Assembly: GCF_018350175.1 (NCBI RefSeq)
Contig: NC_058368.1
Coordinates: 149,856,001-149,920,000, forward strand
DNA length: 64,000 nt
Reading direction: 5' to 3'
From: Felis catus
Taxonomy: Eukaryota
Positions 49,945 through 64,000 of the stretch are shown in pieces (positions within the stretch are counted from its first letter, which is position 1; every line of letters begins with the position of its first letter). The notes under the pieces were generated by a model that was given only the letters and a program-made list of their open reading frames with translations, had not been told where the DNA came from and searched no databases. Made by a program: the position numbers and the translations under genes.

Positions 49945-49983
49945 TTAGAGAGAATCAACCAGGTCATCGTCAGTCCATTCTTC
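49945..49983 (-). CDS. CCNH: CCNH last coding exon (39 nt): EEWTDDDLVDSL*
   Basis: Minus strand ttcttag|GAAGAATGG...CTC TAA. Confidence 0.95.
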   Translation of the reverse strand, partial: EEWTDDDLVDSL

Positions 49984-50541
49984 CTAAGAAGGAAAGAAAA
50001 TGTAGTAAGAATAACATTACACTGAAGCATAACATTAATGTTTACTTCCTTGCCTCCTTTTAAGAAAATGTTCTACTTTTACTCTGCTGATTATAGGAAG
50101 GTAAATCAACCAGGAAACTTTGTGGTAGTTCAATCTTAGAATAATATGGCTCGGTCTTACCAGACTACACCAATGACGAGTAAAGGTTACAACTGTGACC
50201 TTTTCCCTCCTATTAATCTATATCTAACTTATAAGGTACATTTTTTTAAAAAAAGGATAAGAGAAGAATCCTGGGAGAGTCAAATAGCAAAAATTTAGCA
50301 TGTTCTATTTCTGCTGCCTTCCATAATCACAGGAAGAATTCGTCAAGTAACAATCATACTGCTTCACAATAGGCTAAGATAATAAGAGAATGTACATAAA
50401 GAAGGGTGCAAGAAAATGAAAATGAAGGCTTTCAAAGCCCACACCTCTCTAATACTCATGTTCTGGAATGATAAAATCTTAACAGTATGGTCAGACCAAA
50501 TTATACAAGAGTAACTTAAAATTTACCTTTGGACAACATAC

Positions 50542-50602
50542 CTCCTCATGTTTGGGTTTCTTTGAGACATAATCATCATCTTCATAGCCTTTCCTCTTCT
50601 TC
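50542..50602 (-). CDS. CCNH: CCNH exon 8 (61 nt): KKRKGYEDDDYVSKKPKHEE
   Basis: Minus strand atcatag|GAAGAAG...GAGGAG|gtatgt. Confidence 0.95.
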
Positions 50603-51769
50603 CTATGATTGAGCAACCATCAGTAAGCAATCGAATACTGGTAACAAAAACTACAAAATAAACTAGCAAGGCTGGTAAATGGTATGTATGTATCTGCTGA
50701 AGAACAAAGCCTGCATAAATGGAAAGAGATGAACTACGATGGATAGGAAGACAGTATCTTTCAAATTAATCTTTACATTCAATGCAATTCTAACTAAAGT
50801 CCTAATAAAGCTTTTCCTGGAACCTTTCAAGTATAACTCTGATGTGTGAAAGACTGCAAAAATAGCCAAAGAATCTGAAAGAACAGTGTGGGGCCCTTGT
50901 CCCAGTTATCATCAGAACACTATATATAAGAGATATGGTAACTTAAAGTATGGGATTAACAAGATTTAAATAGATCAACAATCAGAGCAGACAAGCAAAA
51001 AAAACAACTATACATAGGAACTTAATATACAATGAATATTTAACTGAGAAAAATTATGAATTTTTAAAAAAGTGACTAGCATAACGTTACCGATTTTAAA
51101 AAATGAGTATTAAGATTTCTACCTCAGAACGTTCACGAATAATTCTAAATAGTTTTGACAGCTAAACAAAAAGCAAAATGTAGATTAACTTAGGGTAGGA
51201 AAAGGTTTTGAGATATAAAGGTGTAAAACAACACAAAGTAAAACAGAAGAAATCTATCATAAGGTGAAACAGAAGAAAACAGGTGTAAGATATATTTGAA
51301 AAGTATATAAAATATAAAAAGAGCTACAAATCAAGAAGATAACACCAGAAAACCACTCAAAGGTTATAAGCAAGCAATACAGAAGTAGAAATATAAATGT
51401 TGAACACAGAAACATCAATGCCTCACAGTAATACGGGAAATGCAAATTAAAATACCAATGTGGTCACTTTTTTCACCCAGACTGATAAAAGTTAAAGATT
51501 CATACTATTAAATGTACAATATGTATGAAAACAGTAATGAAGAGAAAAAAACAAACTTCTTCATACACACATGCAGAGAAAATGATGGCAAAGGTAAACC
51601 ACCTAGAAATTACCCCTGAGGTCACAAGTGGATTTGGGTTTTGATCTAACAGAACTTTGGTTTACCTGAATCGGCAGACTTTAATAATGACAATGTAGTT
51701 ATTACTTGTGTAATGGAAAAAAGATAAAGGAGTTTATTTATAAAGAAAACAAATATTTTATCCTAACGT

Positions 51770-52010
51770 AATGCCTGTTAAGTGTGGTCCACGGACCAGT
51801 GCTGGTCAATCCAGGAACCATTTCCACTATGCAAGAAGATTAAGAAACTGAGTGTGTGTTTAGAAACTTTTACAGTAATTTTGTTGATTTTATGTCAGTT
51901 GAATCTAATAAAATTTAAGCTTATATTTTGTCTATTTCATTTTTCTAGTAATTTATTGCTTGCATTTTATAATGTAAGTAATATATTTGCTTGCATTTTT
52001 AAAAGCACCT
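51770..52010 (+). mobile_element. Charlie4a-like hAT fragment
   Basis: gtgtggtccacggaccagtgctggtc...tttagaaacttttacag...gttgaatctaataa resembles the recalled consensus. Confidence 0.6.
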
Positions 52011-52170
52011 CTCCAGTACTCATGGATATGCAGAATTTGCTTGACATAGTGTAAAGCAGATAGTAACTTGGGAGTAAGAGGTAGTACTCTGGCAATTCAG
52101 AATTTTGGCTTACGGGCCGGGCCATTCAGTTACCTAGCTAGAAGGGTAGATTAATAGTTCAGTGGTCTAA

Positions 52171-52396
52171 TCCAGAGGGTGGTAAATTTTTCTTTAAATG
52201 GCCAAAAAGTAAATATTTTACACCCTGTAGGTCATACAGTCCATTTCTGTCACAACTAACCAACTCCGGCAGTAGTGTGAAAACAGCCACAGACAACATG
52301 CAAATTAACGGGTATGTCTCTGGTCCAAGACCAGTCTTTCTAAAAACAGGTAGTAGTTCACATTTGGCCTGTGGGCCAGAGTTTGCCAGCCCCTTC
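52171..52396 (+). mobile_element. MER58-type hAT-Charlie element
   Basis: Same architecture as 16485-16718, ending gtttgccagcccctt. Confidence 0.75.
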
Positions 52397-53417
52397 AAAA
52401 TCTATGTGGAAAGAAGATGATCAGTGCTGTAATAATTTTACTTACCAAAGTCAACATTTCTTTACTTCTCTGTAACCTCTCTTTCATTCCTATGAGTTAA
52501 CACTGAAACCCAGGAGTGAAATCTACCAATTTTAAGTCCTATGCTAAGCCATGCTTTGCAATTATAGTTATGAATATAATAAAGTAGACCCATATTTGGC
52601 ATGCTTCATAAATCTCCTACTACCACTGTGTACTTACACAGTTTGACTCGTGTACCTGGATCTGAAGGCCATGGAACACTGTTCTGGTTTCTCATTATCC
52701 AATCGAGTATATTTACCAACTATAGAGATAACATCTTAGGTGCATCCTTAGCTATAAGATGCCAGGGCTCATTCCCACTAAATACTAACAAGTAAGGTAG
52801 AACCTTTGAATCAGAATGCATTCCACAGAAAATAGAAAATAGTTTTTCCATTCTTATTATGTGTCTGGACGCCCAACTGTTCAAACTCCTGAAAGATTAG
52901 GTTTGAGTGGATCCTTCAATTTGCAAAGCATCAAGAACCTGAATTCTCTAGCTGCCACACTTAGCCTACAAATCGGTAAGATACCTTACAGGTCTTCCTT
53001 AAGTATAAAGTTTACCACTGAAAGAAAATAAGCCAACTTTCCCTACTCTACCTAATAGAAACCTGGAACAGTATACTTGTTCCCTTAGACAAGGTATCAA
53101 TCAGACCTGCCAAGAACCCAAAGATTAAAAGAGCAAGAAGAGGTTCAAAGACTCCTGAGAAAGACTCTAGAGACCCCACAAGGAGTAAAAGAACGGGACA
53201 GGGCCTGCAAGCCAAAGAACACATTAGTCATAGCAGGAGAACTGTATTACGAAAACCAGACCATTACCTCGTCTTTATCCTGTTAGACATGTCCACTCAA
53301 TTAAAAAAATCCAACTTAAGGAGTAAGTCATTTTTCCCCGCGAAAGCAGTTACCAATTAAATGACTTATTTTAAGGATGAGCTAGACTTGACAATTGTCG
53401 AATAACACATCTACTTA

Positions 53418-53603
<186 letters not shown>

Positions 53604-54940
53604 TTATAATGGGAATAACAAAACTCTTGAAATGTGATTATTATTATTATCAGGATTTGCATTGCTCTGCATTAAAATCCAACGAACAGCACACTTCAAG
53701 TAATTAGAGCTGTCTGCTGGTTAGCCCATATCACATACAGCACAAAAATAACCATGTTCTACATTCTAGTCAGTTTTTTTCCAAATCCCCCCATGGTCAC
53801 TTTCTGCTCAGGTTTAAAGCTTTATAAATCCCATGATTTAGTGAACATGCTTTGTTTCCTGCCACCAACTGTATTTATAACATTCTGTCCTACAGATGGT
53901 GGTCCATAGGTTATACTTCTTATTTACAAAGGAAATCACTATTAGATGACATGTAATTAAGGGAGGATGCTTAGTAAAATGTGTCAATGGTCCTTCACTT
54001 CAACAACATGCAGATCCTATACAGTAAAGCATCGCCAAGAAAACAAAAATGTTCTCTTCAGGCTAAAAGCAAACTACTTTGTCAGTGACTTAATAATTGC
54101 AGAACGATCCTCTACCCTGGTCTGTTAATATTATTCAACTATAATAAACCTAAGAATATAAACCTCAAGATTTTTCAGGGGACTGATGAGAGATCCAGGG
54201 CTTATTACTAGCTGGCCACATGCTCAAATAGGGAGAGCTACTGGTTTATTTCATACTGCAAAGAATGGAGTGTTTTCATCTGAATACTGATGACTCCGTA
54301 CCCTGAGGACAGTATCTTTGTTCCAAAAACTTATGAATAAGATACCTTAATTATCGTTAAAGCTCTGAATGTTTTGTCAAGAGCTATCCTTCCTTCATGT
54401 TAAAATAGTGGAGTAAATTAAAGATCCTTGAGAAGAAATCAGTAATCAATTGTCAGTGTACAAGGAGCACTGTGGGTTATCTTTAAGGCCCATTTTACCC
54501 ACTAAATTCCATGATCCTAATGAAGATCTCTAGCCACATCACAATTAGCTTTGGAAGTGAACCCTCTAGTGGTGTAACTGAAGACATACAGTTTTATGAT
54601 TCATAAATCACAAATCCATCATTCTCAAAGAGGAAAGGAAGCCCTCAATTTCAAGGAGAGAATCAAGGAATGATATTTACATGCTCTGAAGCATCTTAAC
54701 TTTTAAAACATAAACAATATAAAAAGTACACCCATTTACCCATTTCTGCAATAGCGATCTTTATGCTATTTTATTGGTTTATTATTTCAACTGCATATTT
54801 AATTAGCAAGGACAAATACCACAAAAAATTTGGGGGACAAATACAACAGACTGAATCCTAGAGCTTAGTTACCATGCGCATTCAGTGCGACATGGGCAAG
54901 AAGGAAGGACAGGGCTGGCTGATCTCTACTCAACCTTAAG

Positions 54941-55566
54941 ACAGGGTTTCTCAACAATGGCACTCAGCAGTGTCAGTTTGGGCTAGAAAATTCTCTGTCA
55001 TGAGGGGCAAGATTTGTTTCCCAAGTCTGCTATTCTCTCACAGTTCTGAAGCCCAGAAGTCTGAAATCAGTTTCAATGGGCCAAAATCAAAATGTCAGCT
55101 GAGCCAGGCTCCCTCCGGAGGCTCCAGGGGAAAATCCAGCTTCTGGTGGCTGCCAGCACCCCTTGGCTTGTGGCCATATCACTCCCGATTTTCAAGGCTG
55201 CCATCTCTGTGCTCTATCTTCACAATGGCTTCTCTGTCAAACGTCCATTCCTCTGCCTTTCTCTAACTAATAAAGACTCCTGTGATGCATTTATGCCCTA
55301 CCTGGATATCCAAGATAATGTCCCCATCTCAAGATCCTTAACTTTAATACATCTGCAGAGACTTTATAACAACATTCACAGGTTCCAGGGATTCAGACAT
55401 GGGTGTCTTTGGGGAGCCACTTTTCAGCCTAGTGAGACTATGCTGAATTATAAGACGTCTAGCAGCATTCTTACTTCTACCAAATAGATGCTGGTAGTAG
55501 CCACCACCACGCCAAGAGTTCTGACACCAAAAGTGTCCCAGATAATGCAAAAATCACACCCGTGGC
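54941..55566 (+). mobile_element. MER20-type hAT element split by a MaLR LTR
   Basis: cagggtttctcaac...tgaggggc (54941-55008) resumes about 55438 with ...tagcagcat...gacaccaaaagtgtcccag. Confidence 0.65.
55020..55435 (-). mobile_element. MLT1 (MaLR) LTR, MLT1C-like
   Basis: tctcacagttctgaagcccagaagtc...atccaagataatgtccccatctcaagatccttaact...cacaggttccagggatt. Confidence 0.8.
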
Positions 55567-55967
55567 TTCTGTAACACCAACGTGACTAGCAAATGACATG
55601 TATAAACTAGTTAGTGCTGATTACAAAACAGAACACCAAATTTAAGTATTATCTTTGATTTGGTTCCATTTAGATCTTTTTCTGCGCCTACCACCTATCT
55701 GTGAACACTTGAAAAGGTCTGTTTTGAGTCTTAACCCTCTCTGAATCTTATATTTTCACTCTCCTATTAAGTCTATATGTGTGAAAAGTACTTCCTTTAG
55801 GGTACCTTCTATTTGTTCTCCACCAATGTATCCTTCATGCCTCCATGATATATTAATTCAATGAAAGTAAATCTAAACAATAATCTATGTCTCAAGTTAA
55901 ATATCAAGATAATATTTATTTAGAAAGCAACTTTGTAACAGAAGAACATTTTATAAAAGTTGTTTCA

Positions 55968-56072
<105 letters not shown>

Positions 56073-58970
56073 CTATTGAACACATACAGCATCTTGAGTA
56101 ATATGGAATCATAAATTAGTTTCCTCCACATTCATTTCATCAAGGTCAATTTTAAAATTTACTTTAAAAGTATTAAATAACAAAACTTTGAACACAGAAC
56201 TATAATCTATAACTATTAGTCTTAAGAATTTAATACCACTCAGTTTAAAGGGTGTTTAATGTTAAGACTAATTTGTCTAAATTTTGTAATATATATGCTT
56301 TCAGAGAAAAAAATGATATGCAAATAACATTAAAAGTATCGATTATCACTACGGTTAAGTGCTTAATATACAAACCCTATGAATCTAACTTCGTTTGACA
56401 GGTGACCAATCTGAGTCACAGGCACAGACAGGTCATGACTTTGTAACCTGCCCAAAGTTATAAAGATAGGAAGGAGGAGAGCTGGAGCCTGGCACTAGGA
56501 AGGCTTCTCTCTCCCCTTAGTATCAAGTGAACTCTTCTTGGTACTAACAGGTATTCAAACCAGTTAAGAATATCAACTTATGCTTTACAAATCTTTTGTA
56601 TCATATCTGCAAAGAGTCCAAATCAAAAGTGTTAATACTTTTCTATAAGTGGATGTAAAGCCCAATTACCTTTCTCAGAACCAATGAAAGCAGCATGAAA
56701 ATACAATGTCTACATTCAAATATTTAGTTATTCTGAGCTTGATCTATAATTGATAAAAGCCCAAGTGAACAGATTCTCGAGGTGTAAGTAATCTTTCAAA
56801 CACAAGTGCAAAATAATTATTAATTCCTCTGAAAAATAGTGAAATGAATAAATGGTGAAATACAATTACAACAAAAGAAAGACAATTAAGAAATTTTGTT
56901 GCTATCTTTTAAACTATACAGATTATTTACAGGTTATTATGTAAGTCTGACAACTAAGGTTGATATTACAACTTCATCATCTATGATGGGAATTAATTTT
57001 AGATATAAAAATGCATTTCTGGTTATCAGTAATACTACCAGTTTTTTCCTTTTCCTTTTCTCCCTAAAACCCCTCATACTTTTGGCATCTTCATTTGTTT
57101 CGTTTCATTCTTCCTTTCCTTTCCACCCCTTAATCATAAGGGTGATACATTTGGTTCTAAGAGATAGCTGACCAGACCATTTGCTTCTATGAAGCTTTAA
57201 ATTAGCAACTCGATCTCAATCCTGAATTAGAATTTTAGTATTTTGATGAAAAAAAATTCAGTAAAAGAAGAAAATTCAGAACTAACAAGAGAACATCCTA
57301 GGAGTAATAATCTAAAGCATCATCCAGAATATAACAGCACAAGGGCTTTCCCTTTTTGAAACCAGCAATAAATGTAAAGGCAACTCCAACATATCCCCAA
57401 AGTTTGCAAAGTAAATGAGAACTTAAAAGTGATTTGAAAATATTTTCTCAAAGTAAAAAAAAAAAAAAAAAAAAATGCCCACATGTTTATATTCCCTGGG
57501 AAATTCAAAAGTGTATTTAATTTACAAAGAGCCCAAATTACCACAATTTCAGTTCTGGCTATCTGAAATTATAACTACACTTTCAAGGTGACATAAACTC
57601 TCATTTGGACTTTAGGATGCTTCATGCCTCTTCATCTACTTGAGGAAAAACAGAAAAATCTCACCATTGGAGAATCTGCATATACACTGCATAAGATACG
57701 ATGCTTAAACAAATTAATCGAACATTTGGTTAGCGGAATTGTGGAAAAGAGGCTTTCTCCTCTTCGAGGCTGGAAGCTCCACACCTAATCTCCAAAGACA
57801 TCAATTATCTGTGGCTGTCTTTCCTAACAAGAACAAGGATTTAGAGCTTTGTTCATGTTAACAGCACAGTGCATAGTATATAGGAGGCACTCAGAAAAAG
57901 TTTTGCTTAAATAAGTGGAGGTATAGATTACTTTGGGATTAAATGTTTAGATTTATGCACATTTGGTGAGCTGTGTTTGTGGAGAAGAGGCATAACAAAA
58001 ACCTAAGCCCACAATCCCTTATCTTGGATTTGTTTTGAAATACATAAACTGTTCATGTTTTGGAAAGGGAACCTGGTGAATACTCCATGAAATGTGAAAC
58101 AGTCCAGTGATGTCTGCAGAAGGATACCTGTTATCCGTGACACTCATATTTGTGTAAGGAAACATATACATACTCCCATTAGGTTGAATAAAGATGAAAT
58201 CACATCTGTTCATGTCTGCTGCCACCATTATCAACAGATTTTGAAATTATGGATGAGGGGCTTATAAACGTGTAGAACAGTTTACGTTCAGAAAGTCTGA
58301 TCATCTTTCCTCCTCAGCTTTTTCCAGGAATAAAATCAGGCAGAACTTCAAAGGCCACAGAGAAATTATTATAAAAATTTACAAAGTCTAATTTGCTACT
58401 AGCCTGTGCTTAAGTTACAAATCAATATGACAATAATGCTTAATTAATCTGTGCATAAGACTTTGTTGTAAAGAATCAAGTAAACTTAATTCAGGGAAAG
58501 TGCTTATCGCAAAGCCGAGTTCACAATGGGCATTTATGTATCAGCTATCTATAGCTCAAGTGCAATTCACTCGGGCATTCCCTCAAGTATTATTCATTCC
58601 CCAGTTCTTTCCTGAATTCCACATGCCACACATGCTCCACAGCAGGAGATAAATGATAAACCAAGGCAGATTATTTGCTGTGTACATGCTGCTTACCAGT
58701 TTACAAAACTTGTCCTATACTGAGAGCTAAGCTTTCGAGGATCACCGGATTTACTTCTACTTTAGTCATAAAATGGATCCTCTCAGCTCAAAGATAATCT
58801 TTAAAGATTTCCTGAAAAGGTGATTTCATTTCCATTCTCAGTTGCCTTCACCAACCCTCCCAACCATAGTATATATAAAGGACTATAGTCACAAAGTGAA
58901 TTAATTTCACTTAAAAACTCAGTCTCCAAGGAAGGAATAAACTGACTCAGCAAAGTTAAAACACAGATCA

Positions 58971-59138
<168 letters not shown>

Positions 59139-59377
59139 CTAGAAAGGAAGTTTGTAAATATTATCACTTCTGAGATTTAATGCACTAATAACAGTTCAAA
59201 AATATTTATATTAACAACATAATGCTTAATAGAGGATTCTTTTATTTATGAAATTAACACCCGAGCTTAATCGTTCCATGTAAGATTGTTTTGTATGCAG
59301 CGCCAGAATGTACCAAAAGTGCAGTCATTAAATTCTGCATGTTTTAAGAATGTGCTTTTCCTCAGGGGCTTCCACAC

Positions 59378-59611
59378 TTTTTTTTTTTTTTTTTAATTTT
59401 TTTTTTCAACGTTTATTTTTATTTTTGGGACAGAGAGAGACAGAGCATGAACGGGGGAGGGGCAGAGAGAGAAGGAGACACAGAATCGGAAACAGGCTCC
59501 AGGCTCCGAGCCATCAGCCCAGAGCCCGACGTGGGGCTCGAACTCACAGACCGCGAGATCGTGACCTGGCTGAAGTCGGACGCTTAATCGACTGCGCCAC
59601 CCAGGTGCCCC
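59378..59611 (-). mobile_element. Young felid CanSINE (SINEC_Fc type) in CCNH intron 4
   Basis: TSD CCACACTTTTTTTT on both sides. Confidence 0.95.
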
Positions 59612-60039
59612 CACACTTTTTTTTTTTTAATCACAACCCATAACAAGAAATACATGCTTTAAGATAATTTATCTAAACTTCCTGGTATAGTACTTGGCAC
59701 TATGCCGATTTATGTTAATCCCTCTCTTTGTCCTTTTCCACCTGAAGAGGAAGGGGAAGAGAGGTTTGAAGTTGACCTAGGAAATACACAGTCCAAGGTA
59801 AACGCTTCTCAAGGCAAACCAGATGATTCAGCTACAAGGCCTTTTAGGAATCAAAGCACTACCTCATCTTGATTTGAAATTCCTATTACTTAAAGTTTAG
59901 TTTTGGGAAGAAGTCAATGGAAATGGATCTTGGTTTGATTACAGAATGCTTTTTAGAATATGCCCAAGAAAGATGGACGATCTAATATTTGCTAAAAACT
60001 CTTCTTATACTTAAGATGAACTCTAAATCCTAAATCATC

Positions 60040-62260
60040 AGGTCTATTTCAAATATCTACATCAAGTCCCAAAGCAGTAAGAAATTTCTTCTATACCTTC
60101 AACAAAATATCCAGAGTCATTTGTACCATCACACCCACATCTTACCATTCTGAAATGCCTGACCGCTGGTATGACAAATGAAGACATTCCACTCTGGCCA
60201 CAGTGCTCCTTTTCCCAATATATTTGCTCAATTACTTCACAGCCATTCCCTGACTTCCTCCCCAGAACCTCTGGTCCCTTATCCCGCTGTTTGCTCCTAC
60301 TCACCACTGGTCCTCATTTCCCTCCAGAATTTCCTGCCCCAATATGCTGTCAACATATGTATACTATACCCCAATTTCTGAGTGTTGCTACAGAAAACAA
60401 TACCACCAAGAGTCTTGTAATATTACTATAAATTCAAGTTCACTGACTCAGTAGGGCTTTTAACAATTATGTTCCACAGAAAATTTGTTCTCTCATTTTT
60501 CAGCAACTGTGTTCAACGTTTTCCACCTGTCTCAATGTCTTTGATAATTTTCTGAAGCTCCAACACTCTCTGTAAATGATCTCGGCTTTTAAGAGAGACA
60601 CTCTTATTTCCTGTCAGCACTAGTCCCCCAGGCGTAACACTGTCCTCAACCCATATTTCCCTCTTTCCGTCTGTTAATATAAAAGACCTACTATTCTCTC
60701 AAGGTCAACTCTACTTTGCTTTGAATCCCATGCCAACTACTTCTACCGTACTCCCAAGAGAAACCTGAGCTACTTACTTTTCACTCCTTCCTTTAAGCTT
60801 TTTCTCACTGCTCACTGTCCTCATCAGTTTCTTCCACAAAGCAAAACACACACACAAAAAAATCATCTCTCTCATCTCTTTTTAGGAGTTCCCCCATCTT
60901 CTCAATCATTCATCTTTTTCCACTTCAAAGACAAGCTGTTTAATCCATGTTACACCTACTTGCTTGCTCACCTTCTATGTATTCCCCACTGGTTCCAGCC
61001 TGCTTTCTTTCTCCACACTCAACAGAGACTAATTTCACAAAAATCACAAATGGCCCTTCTGGCACTAAATCCAGCCGACACTATCCTTGCTCTTTTACTT
61101 TGCCTGAATTCTGAACAGGCCTGGAAAGGAGCCTGTGCTCATCTTCTAAAAGTACTCTTCTTCCCTTCAGTTCTCCAAAAAGTGCTATCTCTCTGAATAT
61201 TCTTCAGTCTCCTTACTAGCGTCTTATATTTCTCCAACTACTCTTTAAATGGTCCTTACGGCCAAACCACTTTAAATTTTCCAAGAGCAACACCACCTAT
61301 ATCCATTCTGATTTAGCCTAGCCATCTGCTCTGATCTCCAGACACACGTGATGTCTTGCAGCTATTAAAAGTTATGTCCTCAACCAGATTTATTAATCAA
61401 CCCCCACCCCTCCACCATCCACCAATCTCTCCTATGCCAGTGATTCCTATATCAGGAATCAAACCACCATCTACCTATATCCTTAGGCCATAAACCTGGG
61501 GTTCCTCCTCTGTTCTCAATCTCTATTATGAAATCAATCTCCAAGCTCTAGTGATTCCGCCAGGATTCTGTCCAGGAAGCTCTCTCTGTATCCACTGCCA
61601 CTATTAGAGTCAAACCAACCACCATCTTTTGCTGGACTACTTTAACAGTATCTGACTGGTACCCCTTCATCCGTTCTAATCCATTCTCCACACTCTGCCT
61701 GACGCGTGCATATGTGCAATAAATGTATGATGCAGACTGATGCAAGGGCTTGCCAACAGGACTTTTTTATTAACTGCAAACTTCATCACGCAAATCCCCA
61801 GACTTAAGCCTTACAACGGTTTCCCACCGCTCTACTCAAAATCCTTAGTACCACCTCCAGAGACTCTACTTCCCACTCAGGCAGCACTCTGTGGCAGTCT
61901 TCCCCCTCTAAGTTCTGTTTAGGTTCTTTAGTGTACCATGGTTTCTTAGATCTGGGCCTTTGACCAAAGAAGTCTTTCTGACTAGGATGTTCTTTTACCT
62001 AATTCCTACTCTTGCTCTGAAATTTCACTCTAAATGACACTTTCTTAGAACTGTCTTCCTTTCTCTCAACCTGCTATCTCATTCTAAGGTATCCTGTATT
62101 TTACCATCTGTAACAATGAGCATACTGAATATATGACTGTCTCTCCCATTAGACTCTAAGGCCTCTAATAGTTGAAGGCGTTCCTGTCTTCATCCTCAAG
62201 AACAGTGTTTTGGCATATGGAAAGTGCCCAAATTTTGCCACTCAATTGAGATGAATGAAC
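60040..62260 (+). mobile_element. Long decayed LINE-2
   Basis: CT-rich L2-like sequence ending ...cattagactctaagg...tttggcatatgg...gatgaatgaac. Confidence 0.6.
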
Positions 62261-62817
62261 CAGTTTTTTACTTCCATTTTGACTTCACTCCCACTTTTCA
62301 AGTCCTCTGTGAGGGCAAAACCAAAATAGCTTACGTTGCTTTTGCGCATGTTTATCTACTTATATTTTTGATGTGTATATATTGATTCAAGTTCACAATG
62401 CACTAAAACTAGAAATCACTTAGCAATCTTCTAGTTTAAAATTAAGATTTTTTTGTGGTTCTTTAAATCAGATTCATGACAGTATACTCCAGAGTTAGGA
62501 GACTTAAGTTCAAAAGCATTACTCTAAATTGACAATAATCCTCATTATAGTTCTTTGACCAATATTTGCAGATCTACGAAATAAAAAGCTCTGTAAGTGC
62601 AGCCCAACAATCTGGGTTAACAAGCCTTTCAGGTGACACTCAACTTTGAGAACTAATGATGTGGAAGTCCACGCTAAACTCATGTTTCGGATGAGCTCAT
62701 GTTTTAACAATCAGGATGAATATAAATTATAACAAGATTTCAGATTCTTCTGAAACTTCAAGAACTATAGCAAAGGTGTACACTCTACTAGTTTACCTTT
62801 TATATCAGTAAGATTAC

Positions 62818-63028
62818 CTTTAAATCAATTAGAAAGCCCTCAAATGGTCTATAAGGATTGTGGACAATAAGGTGGAAATTCAGTTGTTGTATAAGAAGTA
62901 GTTCGTATTCCAAAATCTGTTCGAGTGCCTTCTCCTGTCCAAGAGGACTCTCCCGCAGATTTCCAACAAACTGTGGACTAGATACATTGAATTCATCTAC
63001 TTTGCAGGCCAAAAATGCACAAGTGAGC
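62818..63028 (-). CDS. CCNH: CCNH exon 4 (211 nt): [70 protein letters not shown]
   Basis: Minus strand cgtctag|GCTCACT...TTAAAG|gtaatc; within ORF 62800..63069; cyclin box. Confidence 0.97.
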
Positions 63029-64000
63029 CTAGACGAAAAAACAAAGGGAAGGGAATGGTATCTGTACAAACTTTGAGAAATACCTCAATATTTTATTTCT
63101 AAAAATAGGTTCTAAAAATGCATAATATTAATAAGTGACTACACTAAATATTGCAAGAAATTCATTTAAAAAAAAGAGAAAAAGGAAGTTTCCTGTTCAA
63201 ACTTTTTATCCATTAGGAGACTATAAAATTAGGTTGAACTGTATAATCTTGCCACAGCATTTATCCATTATTGACTACTATTAATGGCAGTTTTGTACAG
63301 TTCAACATAAATATCTAGAAAAATAACTGAAGAATAAAAGCACTCTGAATCATGAAATGTAGATGAAAGAACACAACAGTACACAGAGGTGTACCTGGGA
63401 AGGTAGGTTAAAAGAACACTGGAAGGCCATCAGTGATGTCTCTGAAAGCATTTCAATAGGGATTATTACGTCAGGAACTAATCTATGAAACTCTCATGGC
63501 TAATACCATAAATTTCAGGTAAGAAACTAGTAAACAAATTACCACAAAAATCAAAATTCGAAGTAACAAGGGCCTGACCTAGACTAGTAGAAATGGAAAT
63601 GAAAAAGACAGAAAATAAACAGGGACAATGTCACTGACAGCAAACTCTTTGATGAGTCTCACACTAACTTCATCCTTATGTTTAAGGGACCTTTATTAAA
63701 TTGAAGTGAATATGGAGCTACAAGACTTGTAAACTAACTGATGTACAAAGACAGGAGGTACCACAAAGGATTCTCATTGGAGCAACAGGGAGAAGAAAGG
63801 TGCCACTAACAGAAAGGATATTAGCAAAGTTAGTTTGAGAAAAACAGAATTTAAATTTGGACAAGCTGAAGTTCAGATGACATCAGTAGTACAGGGGGAA
63901 AGTACTGTAGATATATGACAAGTATAAGGATAGTGGAAATTCAAAACAGAACACAAGTCTAAATTATCAATACAAAGTCATTTTTTCCACAAATAGTATA

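Noticed and set aside
54970..55487. Longest ORFs in the track around here (98 aa and 131 aa)
   Set aside because: They lie within the MLT1 LTR/MER20 and show no recognisable protein motif.
62858..63076. Antisense ORFs over exons (also 36516-36725, 41458-41676, 45546-45755, 46787-46999)
   Set aside because: Shadow ORFs on the opposite strand of real RASA1/CCNH exons.

Overview
Mammalian genomic DNA, almost certainly a felid, because it carries many young Felidae-type CanSINE/SINEC_Fc copies and an L1_Fc-like 3' end. The window holds the 3' two-thirds of RASA1 (p120 RasGAP) on the + strand: 19 GT-AG coding exons from 4445 to the TAG at 46904-46906 (exons 7-25 by recalled human numbering), covering the C-terminal SH2, PH, C2 and RasGAP domains, plus a ~1 kb 3' UTR. 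Tail-to-tail on the - strand is the 3' part of CCNH (cyclin H): 6 coding exons from 63028 down to the TAA at 49945. Both spliced frames are open. Introns are filled with SINEs, L1, L2, MIR, hAT/Tigger fossils and one MaLR LTR. I found no evidence of a wholly new biological system. The best leads are alternative C-terminal processing of CCNH, a candidate minus-strand exon between the genes, inverted young SINE pairs bracketing RASA1 exons, a long fossil Charlie/Buster transposase in RASA1 intron 11, and a probable L1 insertion-mediated deletion. Repeat subfamily names and exon numbers come from recall and were not database-checked.
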